Below, piece by piece: positions 1-11,680 of a stretch of 64,000 bases of DNA. Every line of letters starts with the position of its first letter. Position 1 is the first letter of the stretch. The notes beneath the pieces were generated by a model. It saw only the letters and a program-made list of their open reading frames with translations. It ran no database searches and was not told the DNA's origin. Source of the DNA: Camelus ferus. Its lineage: Eukaryota. The stretch is taken from NCBI RefSeq assembly GCF_009834535.1, contig NC_045697.1:37760001-37824000 (forward strand), read 5' to 3'. Position numbers and translations under genes: made by a program.

Positions 1-287
1 CAATGGTGCAGTTGTTCTGGTGAATCACATTTATTGATTTTTGAATGTTGAACTAAACATGCATTCCTGAGATAAACACCACTTGGACATGATGTGCTAT
101 CTTTTCTATATATAGTAAGATTTGATTTGATAATAAGGATTTTTTAATCCATGTTTAAAAGGGACATTGGTCTATAGTTTACTTTCCTTGTAATATCATT
201 TTCTGTTTTCTTTTTAAATCACAGTAGTGGTAGCTTCATGAAATCAGTTGGGAAGTGTTCCCTTCTCTTCTATTTTTCTGGAATGAA
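1..287 (-). mobile_element. Old LINE-1 ORF2 fragment, runs off window start
   Basis: Antisense L1 ORF2-like motifs (ttattgatttttgaatgttgaac, gacattggtctatagttt, ttgggaagtgttcccttctcttctatttttctggaa). Confidence 0.75.
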
Positions 288-330
288 TATATATATATAT
301 ATTTTCATATATATACACATATATATATAT
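288..330. repeat. Imperfect (TA)n microsatellite
   Basis: atatatatatatattttcatatatatacacatatatatatat. Confidence 0.85.
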
Positions 331-339
331 GAAAAGATA

Positions 340-520
340 CCATTATATTGAATTTGCTTAAAAATAATTTGGAATGAAGAGAGGAATGAATGTGAATATA
401 GATAAAACAAGATAGACCAGCAGTTGATAATTATTGAAGTTTTGCAATGGGTATGTAAGGATTTACTAAACTTTTCTCTGCTCTTCTGTATATGCTTGAA
501 ACTTTCAATAATAAGATAAA
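340..520 (+). mobile_element. Old L1M 3' end fragment
   Basis: gttgataattattgaag...tgtatatgcttgaaactttcaataataa resembles L1M 3' UTR termini. Confidence 0.6.
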
Positions 521-784
521 TGTGTCCTTTCCACAGCTCTATCCTACTTCCCAACGAATATGCTAGAGAAAAGGGTACCCTAAAATTTCAGCAAAGAGGG
601 AAGCAGAAGTTTAGACATTGAAAGTTTCCAAATCCTTTTAAAGAGCATACTAATCATTAGCATCCAAATGTGTATTTAGAGAAGAGTAGGATAAATCAAT
701 TACAGCTTCAGTTTAGATGTGGGTTTAAGACCATCTTAATTTCTTGGCTATGTCTTCAACTTAGCTTTGAAAAATTCTATCCTG

Positions 785-1286
785 TAATGCAATGGTTGTC
801 AAATTTTAATGTGCATAAGAATCACCTGGAGGGCTTCTTAAAACACAGATTACTTACTATTCTATATGATACTGTAATGGTGAATTCATGTCATGTATTT
901 GTCAAGATCCATAAAATGTAGACCACCAAGAATAAACTTAATGTAAATTAGGGATTTGGGGTGATAATGATGTGTCAATGCAGCTTCATGGATTATAACA
1001 CATGTACCACTCTGGTCGGGGATGTTGACAGTTGGGGAGGCTATGTGTAGGTAAAGTGGGTATATGGGAACTCTGAACTTTCTCCCCAGTTTTGCTGGGA
1101 AACTAAAACTGCTCTAAAAAAATAAAGTCTATTTAAAAACCACTAACAAAGAAACAAATTGCTAGACTCCATCCTTAGAGTTTCTCATGCAGTAGATTTA
1201 GGGAGCCCAAGAATTTGCATTTCTAGTAACTTCCCATGTGATAATGATGATGTTGGTCCAACACCCACAAAAGAACTTCTGCTTTA
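785..1286. mobile_element. MER5A-like hAT DNA transposon split by an L1 insertion
   Basis: Left half tgtgcataagaatcacctggagggcttcttaaaacacagatt (to ~851); right half ccaagaatttgcatttctagtaacttcccatgtgat...tggtcca (~1156-1286). Confidence 0.75.
855..1140 (+). mobile_element. L1MC-type 3' end nested in the MER5A
   Basis: gtgataatgatgtgtcaatg...aaactgctctaaaaaaataaagtctatttaaaaa. Confidence 0.75.
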
Positions 1287-1409
1287 ATATAAAGACTCAA
1301 TATTCAGAAATTTCAGGCTTTCTCACAATTAAATCCTGGGTCCAATCCAAGCAGAACATTATTTAGTTCAAAGCTATACTGACTCTAACTTCTGTTTGTT
1401 TCATTTTGG

Positions 1410-1512
1410 CAATCTTTGTTTGAATACCTATCATGTACCAGGTGGCTAGCCTCTGGAGATACAAGGATACATATTAATGCATTGTCTCTGCCATTGAAGA
1501 CTTTATAGTCTG
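1410..1512 (-). mobile_element. L2 3' end fragment
   Basis: ttgaatacctatcatgtaccagg...ctggagataca...tctctgccattgaagactttatagtct. Confidence 0.55.
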
Positions 1513-1711
1513 ATTCCTTATCTTTAATCCTGTTTATTAATTTTATAGGATATTTTGTTCAATTTTGATCTAAGCTGTTTCATTTGTAACAGATTATTTT
1601 TACCTTTGCTGTGGTAAATTAAATTAACAGTTGAGTTCAGCTGGCAGTGTCAAATATTACAGTGTTTTTTCTAGATCTTGATCTTATAGTCCAAGTCCTC
1701 TCAACTTTCTC

Positions 1712-1880
1712 CCAGAAGAGACCTTAGAAATCATCTCGTTCATAGACCTACCCGCATTTACAGTTGAGGAAACAGAAGCCCAGAAGAATGTGGCAACTTT
1801 CCCAAGGTCACTAAGCTAGTAAGTGATAAAGAGATCCAAGTCACTTCAAATATGGTGATCTTCCCATGACATCTGGCCTC
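1712..1880 (-). mobile_element. MIR SINE
   Basis: catttacagttgaggaaacagaagcccaga...cccaaggtcactaagctagtaagtg. Confidence 0.75.
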
Positions 1881-2139
1881 AAGACTTAAATTGTAACATC
1901 AAGGAAAATTATGGATATGGGAATATCTAGGAAACATTTCACAAATTTCAGTGGAATCTCGTGATTACATTAAATTATTGAAGGTCTTTGTGAATTACGG
2001 GAGAAAAGGTGGAGAGAAAAAGATGAAAGACTGGAGACTGGTGGTTGTCATAATGGCATCAGTAGTGGTAGCAAAGTGTAGCAGTATCCAATGACACCTC
2101 ATGTGACATGTACTGTGACTTTCTTAGAACATCCACTCT

Positions 2140-2240
2140 TCTCAGTAACCCCATGAGACGTGTGCAATTATTTTGCCCATTTTACAGATGAGGAAGCTCA
2201 AGCACAAAGACATTTAGTAACTTGCCCAAAGAGACAGGGC
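2140..2240 (-). mobile_element. MIR SINE
   Basis: cccattttacagatgaggaagctcaagcaca...gtaacttgccca. Confidence 0.75.
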
Positions 2241-2568
2241 TTTTGTAGTAAATTCCATCCAGTGGCCTTGTGTATAATTAATCCCCCAAACGTAACTAAA
2301 TTCTGCTAGGAGGAAAATTTAAGTAATATTTAATCATTGTGTAAAGTTGCATAGTTCTTCAAAGCCTCAAAACCTCGCTGGATAGCTTAACAAAGCTCAG
2401 TGAGATGGTTGAAAACAAGGAAATTTAAAATTCTTTCTTTTATGCCTGTTCGAAACAAATTTAACAACTCTGTTCTTCAGAACAGGTCAAATATTAAATA
2501 AAAAGTGTTCTTTCAACAATTGGAATCCATAAATAGGTCAACAGGCATCACTGGAGTGCAGCACCAGG

Positions 2569-2609
2569 TACACACACAGACAGAGACACGTACACACACA
2601 CACACACAC
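2569..2609. repeat. Interrupted (CA)n microsatellite
   Basis: Visible CA runs. Confidence 0.8.
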
Positions 2610-2786
2610 CCTCATTTAATTTCATGTATAAACAAACATTACCTTATACCCTTGGGAATTATTTCTAGCTATCTTTAGCCAAACTGGTTTCGCTTGGCAG
2701 ACTGTCACCCCTACAGGTGGCACCTATTCTCTGTGAAGTGTTTCCTTTTCCCAGAATTGAGACATTGGCACCACGTACCTCCTTAC

Positions 2787-2834
2787 CCTTCTCGACATCT
2801 GTTTCTACTTATGTGCCAGCCAAGGCCACCTGAC
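2787..2834 (-). other. Candidate 48-nt spliced exon of an unidentified minus-strand transcript
   Basis: Minus strand: ctttgttttgtttcctttcacag|GTCAGGTGGCC...GATGTCGAGAAGG|gtaagg. Strong polypyrimidine tract and donor in non-repetitive sequence. No transcript evidence available. Confidence 0.4.
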
Positions 2835-3649
2835 CTGTGAAAGGAAACAAAACAAAGGTTCATGGTCATTGTCTACCAAAATGTTGTGTTGTGGTCCACC
2901 CAGACCTTGGAAACACAGATTGGGAAACGCTAATGGGATGCCAAGCACTGGTCCACCTTAGGAAGGAGCTGTGGAAAAAATACTTCCTTTATTCATCAGA
3001 TTGTGTTGAATAAAAATAAGGTAGGGCTCTGGAGTCTAGAGAAATTAATTTATAAAATGACTGACTACTCACTAGCATTTGCAAAGCATTGATGCTGCTG
3101 CAGAGGTGCTACAAGGGGTGGAGAGAGGGAGTGAGCTTGCCTTGAAGGGGTTTAGAAGACTAGCAAGTCACACTATGTACATTAGAAACTAAATCTCTAC
3201 GGCTAAATGCACAGCATGTCAAATTTACAGAGCCAGCAGTATCATATGAATTCGTTAGAAGAAACAAGAACTGAGGGATAGAAAAAACTGGAAAACCTCA
3301 GAGGTGCTGAGACTTGAAGAAGAAAAAAAAACTTATTTTGTGACACCTGAAATCACTTTCTTCTAAATACTTTACCAGGATAAATATTACCAAGTCACAT
3401 CTCTCCTAAGAGCTGAACTAAATAACACCGAAGAAAACCCTTGTCCGTATTTCCTAAGTATATTTCTTTTCTGCTTCTCTTCTTTTCCCATCGTCAGCTC
3501 TCAGTGATCTAGCAGTCACGGTTGAGGACAGAGACTAAAGAGGATAAACCTAGGGATACGTCTTATTATTTTTGCCTTCGAGCTGTTTCCAGTTTTCAAA
3601 ACTTTGCTTTTGAAAACTTTTGGTAACAAGCACCAAAATGTAATAACTT

Positions 3650-4020
3650 GAAGATATACATGCACAAGTCTGCAAAGTTGCCTATATCAAGGATATTCAT
3701 TAGACGATTAAAAGGTTTTGAAAAATGGAAACAACCTGAATATCCATCAATAAGGAGGAATTAAATATATTGCTAATGGAAAAGAGCAAACTGCCCACCT
3801 AGCAGCATTGTTGCATATGATCCCATTTAGTTAAAACAAGAAAGGACATCTGTACCCCCTGAATGCACCTCATACACCAATCAAGTCCAGGAGGCAGTGT
3901 GAGAAATTGTCAACAACACGATGCCTGTGAGATCGGTGGCTGACTTTTATATTTTACTTTATTATTTTCTGTGCCAGTGGAGCTTTTAAAAATATATATC
4001 ACATTTATACTTTAAAAATA
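3650..4020 (+). mobile_element. Degenerate L1ME-type 3' region
   Basis: aaaaatggaaacaacctgaatatccatcaataagg; atatgatcccattt. Confidence 0.55.
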
Positions 4021-5644
4021 GTTTAACCTATATGTACATATGTAACACTGACATTTTTGTTTTTCAGATACTCTGCTTTGCCAACAAATGCCCTAGAGAT
4101 ATCCACTCAAAGTGAGTCAGGATATTAACAAAAGGGTTATAAAAAGGAACCATTAGGCAGGAAGAATGGTCACTATACACAGACTTTTTTTTTATTGATG
4201 GTTACTGGTCATTCCCTCACAGAAAATCAAATTTTCCTCAAGCTGTAGATGGACGACTATTTTGACTTTTTGGTACTAATGAATGGTTAAAAGATTCAGA
4301 AGCTTGAATTCTAAAGCTGAACCAACACATGCTCATAGAACTGATTATACACTGTGCGAGGCTAAAGGTTTAAGAAGCAGGAAACATGTTGCTACGATGC
4401 TCTGTTAGTTACTGACATTCTGTGACAGCTGCCAGCCTTGAGCAGGATGGAGGAGTCCCAGACATCCAAGTGGCATTTCTTCTCCTTTGCCTGCTGGAGC
4501 TCCGAACAGGGCAGCTGGATGACTACGAACCCCGTGTGTGGGATCAGGAGGTAAGTGGGAGAGGCACAGTCGGTTCTGCTGATGCACCAGTTCAGGGAAA
4601 GTTAGTTGACGCAGCCCTTTGCCTTCCTCTTGGCGTGAATAAAATCAGGAAAAGTGGTTTAGACTCAATACTTTCTCTGCTCTCCTCAGGGTCCACATGT
4701 TTCCTGACCCTTGACCTTTTTTTCTGTCCAGGGGCAGTCACCTGCACATGAGCTTAGCTGACAGTGACATCCTGCCCATCTCTATGTCCTGGACCCAACG
4801 CTGTGCTTCATCAGGCTGCCCATGTCTTCTGCAGATGACTCGCTTCATGTCCAGCCATTGTCTGACCACTGCATCACCTAACCACACTGCCTGGTTTTCT
4901 TGTTTAACAGGAACAAAATTTTTGGAGGGAGTCTCTGTAAAAACCAGCTAGTAGTTGATTTACATAGCTAAACATAACCCCTAGGAACTGCGCTGGACCC
5001 CTATAATTTCTAAGGAAAGCATAGTGGCCAAACCTTTAAGGTTGGTGATAAAACGTCACTCAACTCTGGCTGTTCAGTCCTTTCTTTCCTCTGAGATAAA
5101 GATATACAAATCTGGGGGCTCCACATACAGGAATGGGTCAGCACTGTGTATCCATCTGCCGGGTTACATCCTACAGGAAGTTAAGAGCTGTGTCATAAAT
5201 CCCAAATCATAAAGTAGTGGAAAGAACACTGAACCCAAAGTCAGAAAACCTGATTTCAATACCAATTCTGCTACTCAGACACTCTGGTGGAAATAAAGGA
5301 GAGCATCTTCATTAGGAAAATAAGGGAGAGGATCAGTGATGTCTTCTCCTTGTTATGAAATATTTGGTTCAGTGGATCAGTGGCCAGCTAGGGGGACGGA
5401 TTGTCCTGGGTCTCATTTTCTATTCCATCCAGAGAGCTACAATCAGGCCATCACACAAATGTCCTGGAATGAGGCAACGCTCCCTTACACTGATAAAGAA
5501 TCAGAACCAATGACATCATCTGTCAATTGTGTTATTTTCTGAAAAACTCGGTGTGTTTTCATAAATTATATTGTACCTCAATGATGTAAATAGAAAACTG
5601 AGTTAATTTTCTCTTTGGTGGCTTGAGAACCTTAGTGTGGCAGA

Positions 5645-5703
5645 AGAGATAGATGGAAGATGACAGACAGACAGGTAGATAGATAGGTAGGTAGGTAGGT
5701 AGG

Positions 5704-5770
<67 letters not shown>

Positions 5771-5830
5771 ACATAGCTGATGGGTGGGTAGGTAATGGAT
5801 AGATGGATGGATGGATACATGAGTAGATAG
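5645..5830. repeat. Compound tetranucleotide STR (GACA)(GGTA)n(GATA)n(GGAT)n
   Basis: About 16 uninterrupted GATA units at ~5705-5769 plus flanking variants; explains the IYLS ORFs. Confidence 0.95.
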
Positions 5831-5834
5831 AACT

Positions 5835-6080
5835 GAGGTTCTGAGCAGTCTCTAGCGTCTGACTACTTTGGTTCCGATTCCAACACCACAACTTTCTGGC
5901 TGCATCACCTCAGCAAATTACCTGATTATAACTCAGTCAACTGAGTGGCAAAATTCAGATAATAACAATAATACCTCATCAGGTGGTTGTCAGGATTAAG
6001 ATTATTCATGCAAAATTTTTTGCAGAGTGCCGGACATACAATAAGTGCTCCATAAATGGTAACAATTATCATTGTTGTTG
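5835..6080 (+). mobile_element. MIR SINE
   Basis: aataatacctcatcaggtggttgtcaggattaag...tgccggacatacaataagtgctccataaatggtaac. Confidence 0.75.
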
Positions 6081-6089
6081 TTTAGGAAA

Positions 6090-6209
6090 TAGTACGTGTT
6101 ACTCCTTCACCACCACTCCAACCACCAATCCTTCTGCCCAACACACACACCCAGAGGTAACCACTGCTAGCAGGTTGGTTTGTGTTTTCCTATTATATAT
6201 GTAGATGTG

Positions 6210-6247
<38 letters not shown>

Positions 6248-6765
6248 CTACCTTTTCTGTGATCACTTCCAAAAGTGGATTGTACAAAATATCTCATATA
6301 GACACTTGACTTTTTTTTTGCTTAGCTATACACCTTGTAGAACTTTCCAGACCAGATATAGACATTATCAATACAGCAAAATATGTTAATTCATGTCCTT
6401 ATTGATGGGCATTTAAGTGGTCTCAAATTTTCAATGGACATCCTTTAATATGTCTTTTTTCTCATGTAAGACTATTTCTCTAAGACAGATTCCTACCTTG
6501 CTGAGTCCTAAGCTACATACACTGAAATGTCTTGCATACACTGCCGTACCATTCCCTATAAGGATATTATCAACTTACACTCTCATCAGTTTATGAGCTT
6601 GTCTGTTTTTCCACACCTTTACTCCCATTGAACAATGTTAATATTTTAATATATGCCAAAAATAAAGTAAAATCTTCCAATATGATGGGCAAAACATGGT
6701 GCTTTAATTTACAATTCCCTGATTATTTCTGGGATTGAGCAGACTGTGTGTAAACCTTTACTGTA
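6090..6765 (-). mobile_element. Degenerate L1ME containing a (CA)n at ~6212-6245
   Basis: ccagaggtaaccactgct; attgatgggcatttaagtgg; caacttacactctcatcag; acaattccctgattatt. Confidence 0.6.
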
Positions 6766-7099
6766 TTTTACCCTTTTTCCCAAACATTTATCTGAAAACA
6801 TTGCCAAAAAGTGGGAACAAGGCACTGTACAACATCCAGCGTGTCAGGTGATCACTCTCCTGGGTACCCGTTCCCTCATGTTAGCACCAGGGAAGGGTAG
6901 AGAAGAGAAGTTTTCTATTACAATAGTTGCATCTTCATTCTTCACTATTTTTGAAATTTTGATTCTTCTATCATTTGACTTAGAAATCCAGCATTTGAAA
7001 TTGGTACAATTCTAATAATACTATCTTATGAATAGTTTGCTCAATTACATGGGAAAAGTCAAACAAAACCTAAATATTCCTCTCACAGCAAATTCCCTT

Positions 7100-7960
7100 T
7101 GAAATCTCAGCATCAACACTCACTGCTAATGGGAACATGAGAAAAAGGAAATTCTCAAACACTGCTGGTAGAAGTCGAATGTGCTACAGTCTTTAAAGGA
7201 AGCTGTCAGCTAAAGCATCTTTTAAAATTGAAAGCAGGTATATCCTTTTGCCCTAGATTTCACTCCTTGGAATCTAACTATAGAAATGATAGACTCGTCT
7301 GAAAGGTCATATGTACTTAGGTCAGTCTTCAGTCTTCAATGTGAATCTGAATCTCCCAGGGATCTTGTTAAAATCCAAATTCAAATTCAGTGGAGCAGGG
7401 CTGGAACCTCAGAGCCTGTCTATAAAGCTCCTGGTGATGCCACTGCTGCTGGTGCACGGACCACACCTGAGCAGCAAGGATGTTCACTGCATCACTGTCC
7501 ACTCACAAATCAAATTAAAACCAGAAACAGTGAGTGAACACTCAATGACAGGCTCAACAAATTATAACATATCCACAGCACCGAGTATTCTGCAGGCACT
7601 TAAAACAAAAATAAAGGTATACTGGTTGACTTGGATGGAATTCCACAAGCAATGTGCAGAAAAATAGTATAACATGATCCCATTTTTATGAAATAGTGAC
7701 AAAAATTCCATATGTGTGTGTGTAGGATTATATTACCATGGAGAAACTATGACAGAGCATTTTTTAGGTTGTTGGTATTAATTACCTTGTGGAGGGCACA
7801 AAGGTAATGTAGGAGGGAGGAAGAAGATAAACATAAAAAAAGGAAAGGAAATCCAAAAGTTGATACCTAATCATGTTTAAAATCATATTAATGGAAATCA
7901 ATATATATGTGTAAGTACATTGTAAAGAAATTTAAAATGTTTAATATAAAAAGTTACAGA
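7100..7960 (+). mobile_element. Degenerate L1ME 3' region interrupted by a MER5
   Basis: gaaattctcaaacactgctggtagaagt; tttcactccttggaatcta; gtataacatgatcccattttt. Confidence 0.6.
7320..7480. mobile_element. MER5A/B-like DNA transposon
   Basis: tgaatctcccagggatcttgttaaaat...aagctcctggtgatgccactgctgctggtgcacggaccacacctgagcagcaagg. Confidence 0.7.
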
Positions 7961-8096
7961 AATAAAAAGATCAGAATTTAGATTCTTATCTACCACTAAT
8001 TTGCTTTTTGACTGTGGTTAAATCACTTACAGTTAGAGATGTCTTAAATATCTCTAATAATTTCTATGATCCCATCTAGTTCTAAATTCTATGTTT

Positions 8097-8766
8097 GGGG
8101 AAACATTCTGACAGTTCCTCAAAAGGCTAAGCCTAGAGTTCCTGTTTTGACCCTGCAATTCCACCTCTAGGTATGTACTCTAGGGAAATGAAAACATATG
8201 TCCCCACAAAAACTTGTACAAGAATGCTACTAGCAGCATTATTAATAGCAGCCAGAAAGTGGAAACATCCCAAATGCCCATGGACTGATGAGTGGATAAA
8301 TCAAAAGTGATGTGTCCGTGCGATGGAATATCATTGGGCAATAAGAAGGGAAGAAGTACTGACACATGCTACCACATGCATGAACCTTGAAAACATTATG
8401 CAAGATGAAAGAAGTCAGTCATGAAGAATCACATGTTGTAGGATTCCATTTATATGAAATGTCCAGAATAGGCAAATCAATAGAGACAGAAAGTAGATTT
8501 AAGGTTACCTAGGGCTGGCAGGGAAGGTGGGGGGCGGGGAGTAGGGAAGAGTGGGAAGATGGAAAAGTTGGGGGAGGGGAGGGGAGGATGATGGCTAAAG
8601 GGTATAGATTTCCCGGGGGGGGGGGAGGGGAATAAGGATGTTCTAAAACTGATTGTGGTGAAGGTTGCATATATATGCAAAGATCTTAAATTCCACCGAA
8701 TTGTATGCTTTAGGTGGCTGAATTGCATAGTATATAAACCATACCTCAAAAAAGCTGTTTAAAAAA
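8097..8766 (+). mobile_element. L1MB-type 3' end
   Basis: gcaattccacctctaggtatg; atgaaccttgaaaacattatg; attccatttatatgaaatgtccagaataggcaaatc; terminal aaagctgtttaaaaaa. Confidence 0.85.
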
Positions 8767-9434
8767 TTCCATAACTAAAAATTCTACTGTGAAAGAGCAA
8801 GTAACTCCTTACATTTCTTGAGATTTTTCCTAATATGGTACTTTTGAGTTTTTCTCCTAGAAAAGTAAAAAATCTTACCTTCTACTTTACTAGGAATTTT
8901 TATTCTTTTTTCATACAGTTTCTGGTGCTCATACCAATCTGAAAAAAGGATATGATGGTTCAACTCCAAATTAATGCTCACTGTCCTTAAACGGACCTAT
9001 GCAATCCTTCTTTTTTCTTTCTCATTCTCTAGAAAACCTTCTCCAAGCCTTCTTTACTCCCTTCAAACCCTTTATTCCAACATTATGGGGAAAAGGAAAG
9101 CCATCGGTTGGAATGCCTCATCTCCTACTATCATGTCAACCTTCCTACATCCATTCTTGTCCTATTTTTGTTTCTTCTGAACCTAACATAATCCTTTCTT
9201 CTGTGCTTTGGAACCCATCCTCTGCCACTTTCTTAGGACCCTAAGACTAATAATAATCCTTTCTTACTCCTACAGACGTTTTAGTGTCCACTCTGCTTCA
9301 TTTACAGTCTGCCCGGTCCCGAGAGTCACTGAGCTTTATGACGCTTGCCTTAAATTAACAGTGTGGTGTATAGATCTTTCATACTTTTTACACTTACAAA
9401 ACAAACATATTTACCATATTTAAAACTCTTACTA

Positions 9435-9609
9435 TTTTTTTTAACATTTTTTATTGAGTTATAATCATTTTACAATGTTGTGTCAAATTCCAGTGCAGAG
9501 CACAATTTTTCAGTTATACATGAACATATATATATTCATTGTCACATTTTTTCCTCTGTGAGCTACCGTAAGATTGTGTAAATATTTCCCTATGCTGTAC
9601 AGTATAATC
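9435..9609 (-). mobile_element. Young 5'-truncated lineage-specific L1 3' end with TSD
   Basis: Direct repeat ttaaaactcttacta(t)n at 9420-9434 and 9610-9624; body very similar to the copies at ~28770, ~34165 and ~51000. Confidence 0.9.
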
Positions 9610-9679
9610 TTAAAACTCTTACTATTTTTTTTACAAAGTGAAAGTTTTATTTGCTAGAGTTAAGATATTCTTGGCTGTA

Positions 9680-11680
9680 TGTAGCTATATGATATTCTAT
9701 TATATAATGTGCTATAATTTATTCAGTTATTCTTTGATAGGCATTTGGATTGCCTAGAGCCCTCTGATTAAAAAAAAATCCTGCAATAAATAATCTTGTA
9801 AGTAAATCCATGTGCCTGGTGCTTTTGTTTCTTTGGGCTCAATTGGTAGATGTATACTGCTAGGTCATAGCTTATGTCAACTTAAATTTTAATGGTTACA
9901 GACATGTTTTAACGATTCCTAGGAAGTTTCAGCAATTCTTCTACCAACAATATATAAGGGTATCTTTTCACCCAGCTTTGGCCTATATTGGATGTTATCA
10001 ATATTTTAAACTTTGACCAATCTAATGAGCCAAAAAACACCCAATGGTCACTTCATTGTTATTTGCATTTCTTGAGTACTAGAGAAGTTAAAAATAAAGA
10101 CTTCTGGCAACATAATATCTCAAAATGTGAGATACTACACGTTTTCCATGTTCTCTCACGGGTACTTTTGAACACTGATAGTTATTTTTCTACCACCCAC
10201 CCCCCACCACCCCAGTATAAGCTAAAACAAAGACTTAAAGAAGCCTCAGGCCCAAGTGTAGAACAGGAAGACCTCAGTGCCTGCTTCTCCTCTCCCAAAG
10301 GCTAGATAGGACTCTGGCTTGAAGGCAGAAATTGGAGACAGAAGATCCATCATAACTAGGGGCAGAGAAAGGGATGGAAAGGATTCCAGGTCACGACGTG
10401 GAAAGGAGAAACGTCTTCTGCTAAGAGGAGCAGGAAACAGAGCAGCAGGAAACCACTGTCAGGTAGCTCTCAAGTGTGCACTTTCAACACCTCACTCCCC
10501 AGATACCAACAGCCTCCACCCAGCAGTCCTGACTCTCTGAACAGAAGACAAGGAACTTAAACATCTTGAAAAGTGATAGGGGTGGAAGGTGGGGTGGTGT
10601 CAGAAAGGGGGAGGGGGAGGAAGAACTTGAAGGAAAACTTTAGCTCCTTGACCAAAACCAAACCAAACAGAACAACTGGGAGTTTCCCCAAGAGCCTATT
10701 AGCACCATACATGTTGCCACTGTTACCTATTTATTGCCTATTTGCATTCTATCTCCTGTGAATTGCCAGTTCATATCTATTGCCCATTTTGCAATTGGAC
10801 TTGTTTTAAAATGTCATATTATAAAAGTGCTTTGTAGAGTAGAGATACAAACTCTATTTCTGTCAAATGTATTGCGAATCTATTTCCTCTTGGGTAATCA
10901 TTGGGCTTTTGATTTTGCTCATAGTATCCTCTTAATAGAAATTTTTGGTTTTGTTTTTAATATTGTGAGATCAATGTTTTTTGTCACTTCTGGAATTTCT
11001 GTCTTGCTTAAGAAAGTCTATCAAATTTCAACATTATTTAACCGGTCCTCTGGATTATCCTTTTATAGTGTAATGATATTATAAAGGTGTTATTTTATAC
11101 ATTTAGATTTTTAATCCATCTGGAATTTCAGTTTTCATACCATAGCATGGACCAGGGTAATGATCTGATTTTACTGCCTGGGCTCAAATCCTGACTCTAC
11201 CACTTAGCTGTGTGACTTTGGACCAGTTACTAAACCTCCCTGTGCTTCAGTTCTTTTCATCTTCAGATGGGGATAATAACAGTTTATATCTCAAAAGGCT
11301 GCATTGAGGATTGAGTTAATACATGAAAAGATCATAGAACAGTACCTGGCACATAGTAAATTCTCATTAAATGCTGTTAACTGACCTGGTTGAAAAGTCC
11401 TGACACCATTTATTAAACATTTTTTTCAGTCAAAAATGCCCCTTTTGACAATATAAAGTGAGCATATACACTTGGATATGTTCCAGATTCTCTTTCATTT
11501 CCCTGATCTACAGATGAATACTACATTGCTTTATTGTTAGTTTTATAGCAAATTTTAAAATCTGGTGGGATATTCCCTCTCCCTAATCTTCTTTTTCAAA
11601 ACTTTTCTCAATGATTTCCCATAGCATTCATCTTTATAAACTTTAAAATAATATTGTCCTATATTTAAGTTCTATACAAA
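9680..11680 (-). mobile_element. Fragmented L1ME, interrupted at ~10090-10715 and by a MIR
   Basis: ttgataggcatttggattg; cattgttatttgcatttc; atatctattgcccattt; tttagatttttaatccatctggaattt. Confidence 0.6.
11141..11380 (+). mobile_element. MIR SINE, near full length
   Basis: ctgggctcaaatcctgactctaccacttagctgtgtgactttggaccagttactaaacctccctgtgcttcag...gaacagtacctggcacatagtaa. Confidence 0.9.

Noticed and set aside
5559..6389. IYLS-, HT- and CV-repeat ORFs
   Set aside because: Translations of GATA and CA microsatellites; the same applies at 22346-22709.
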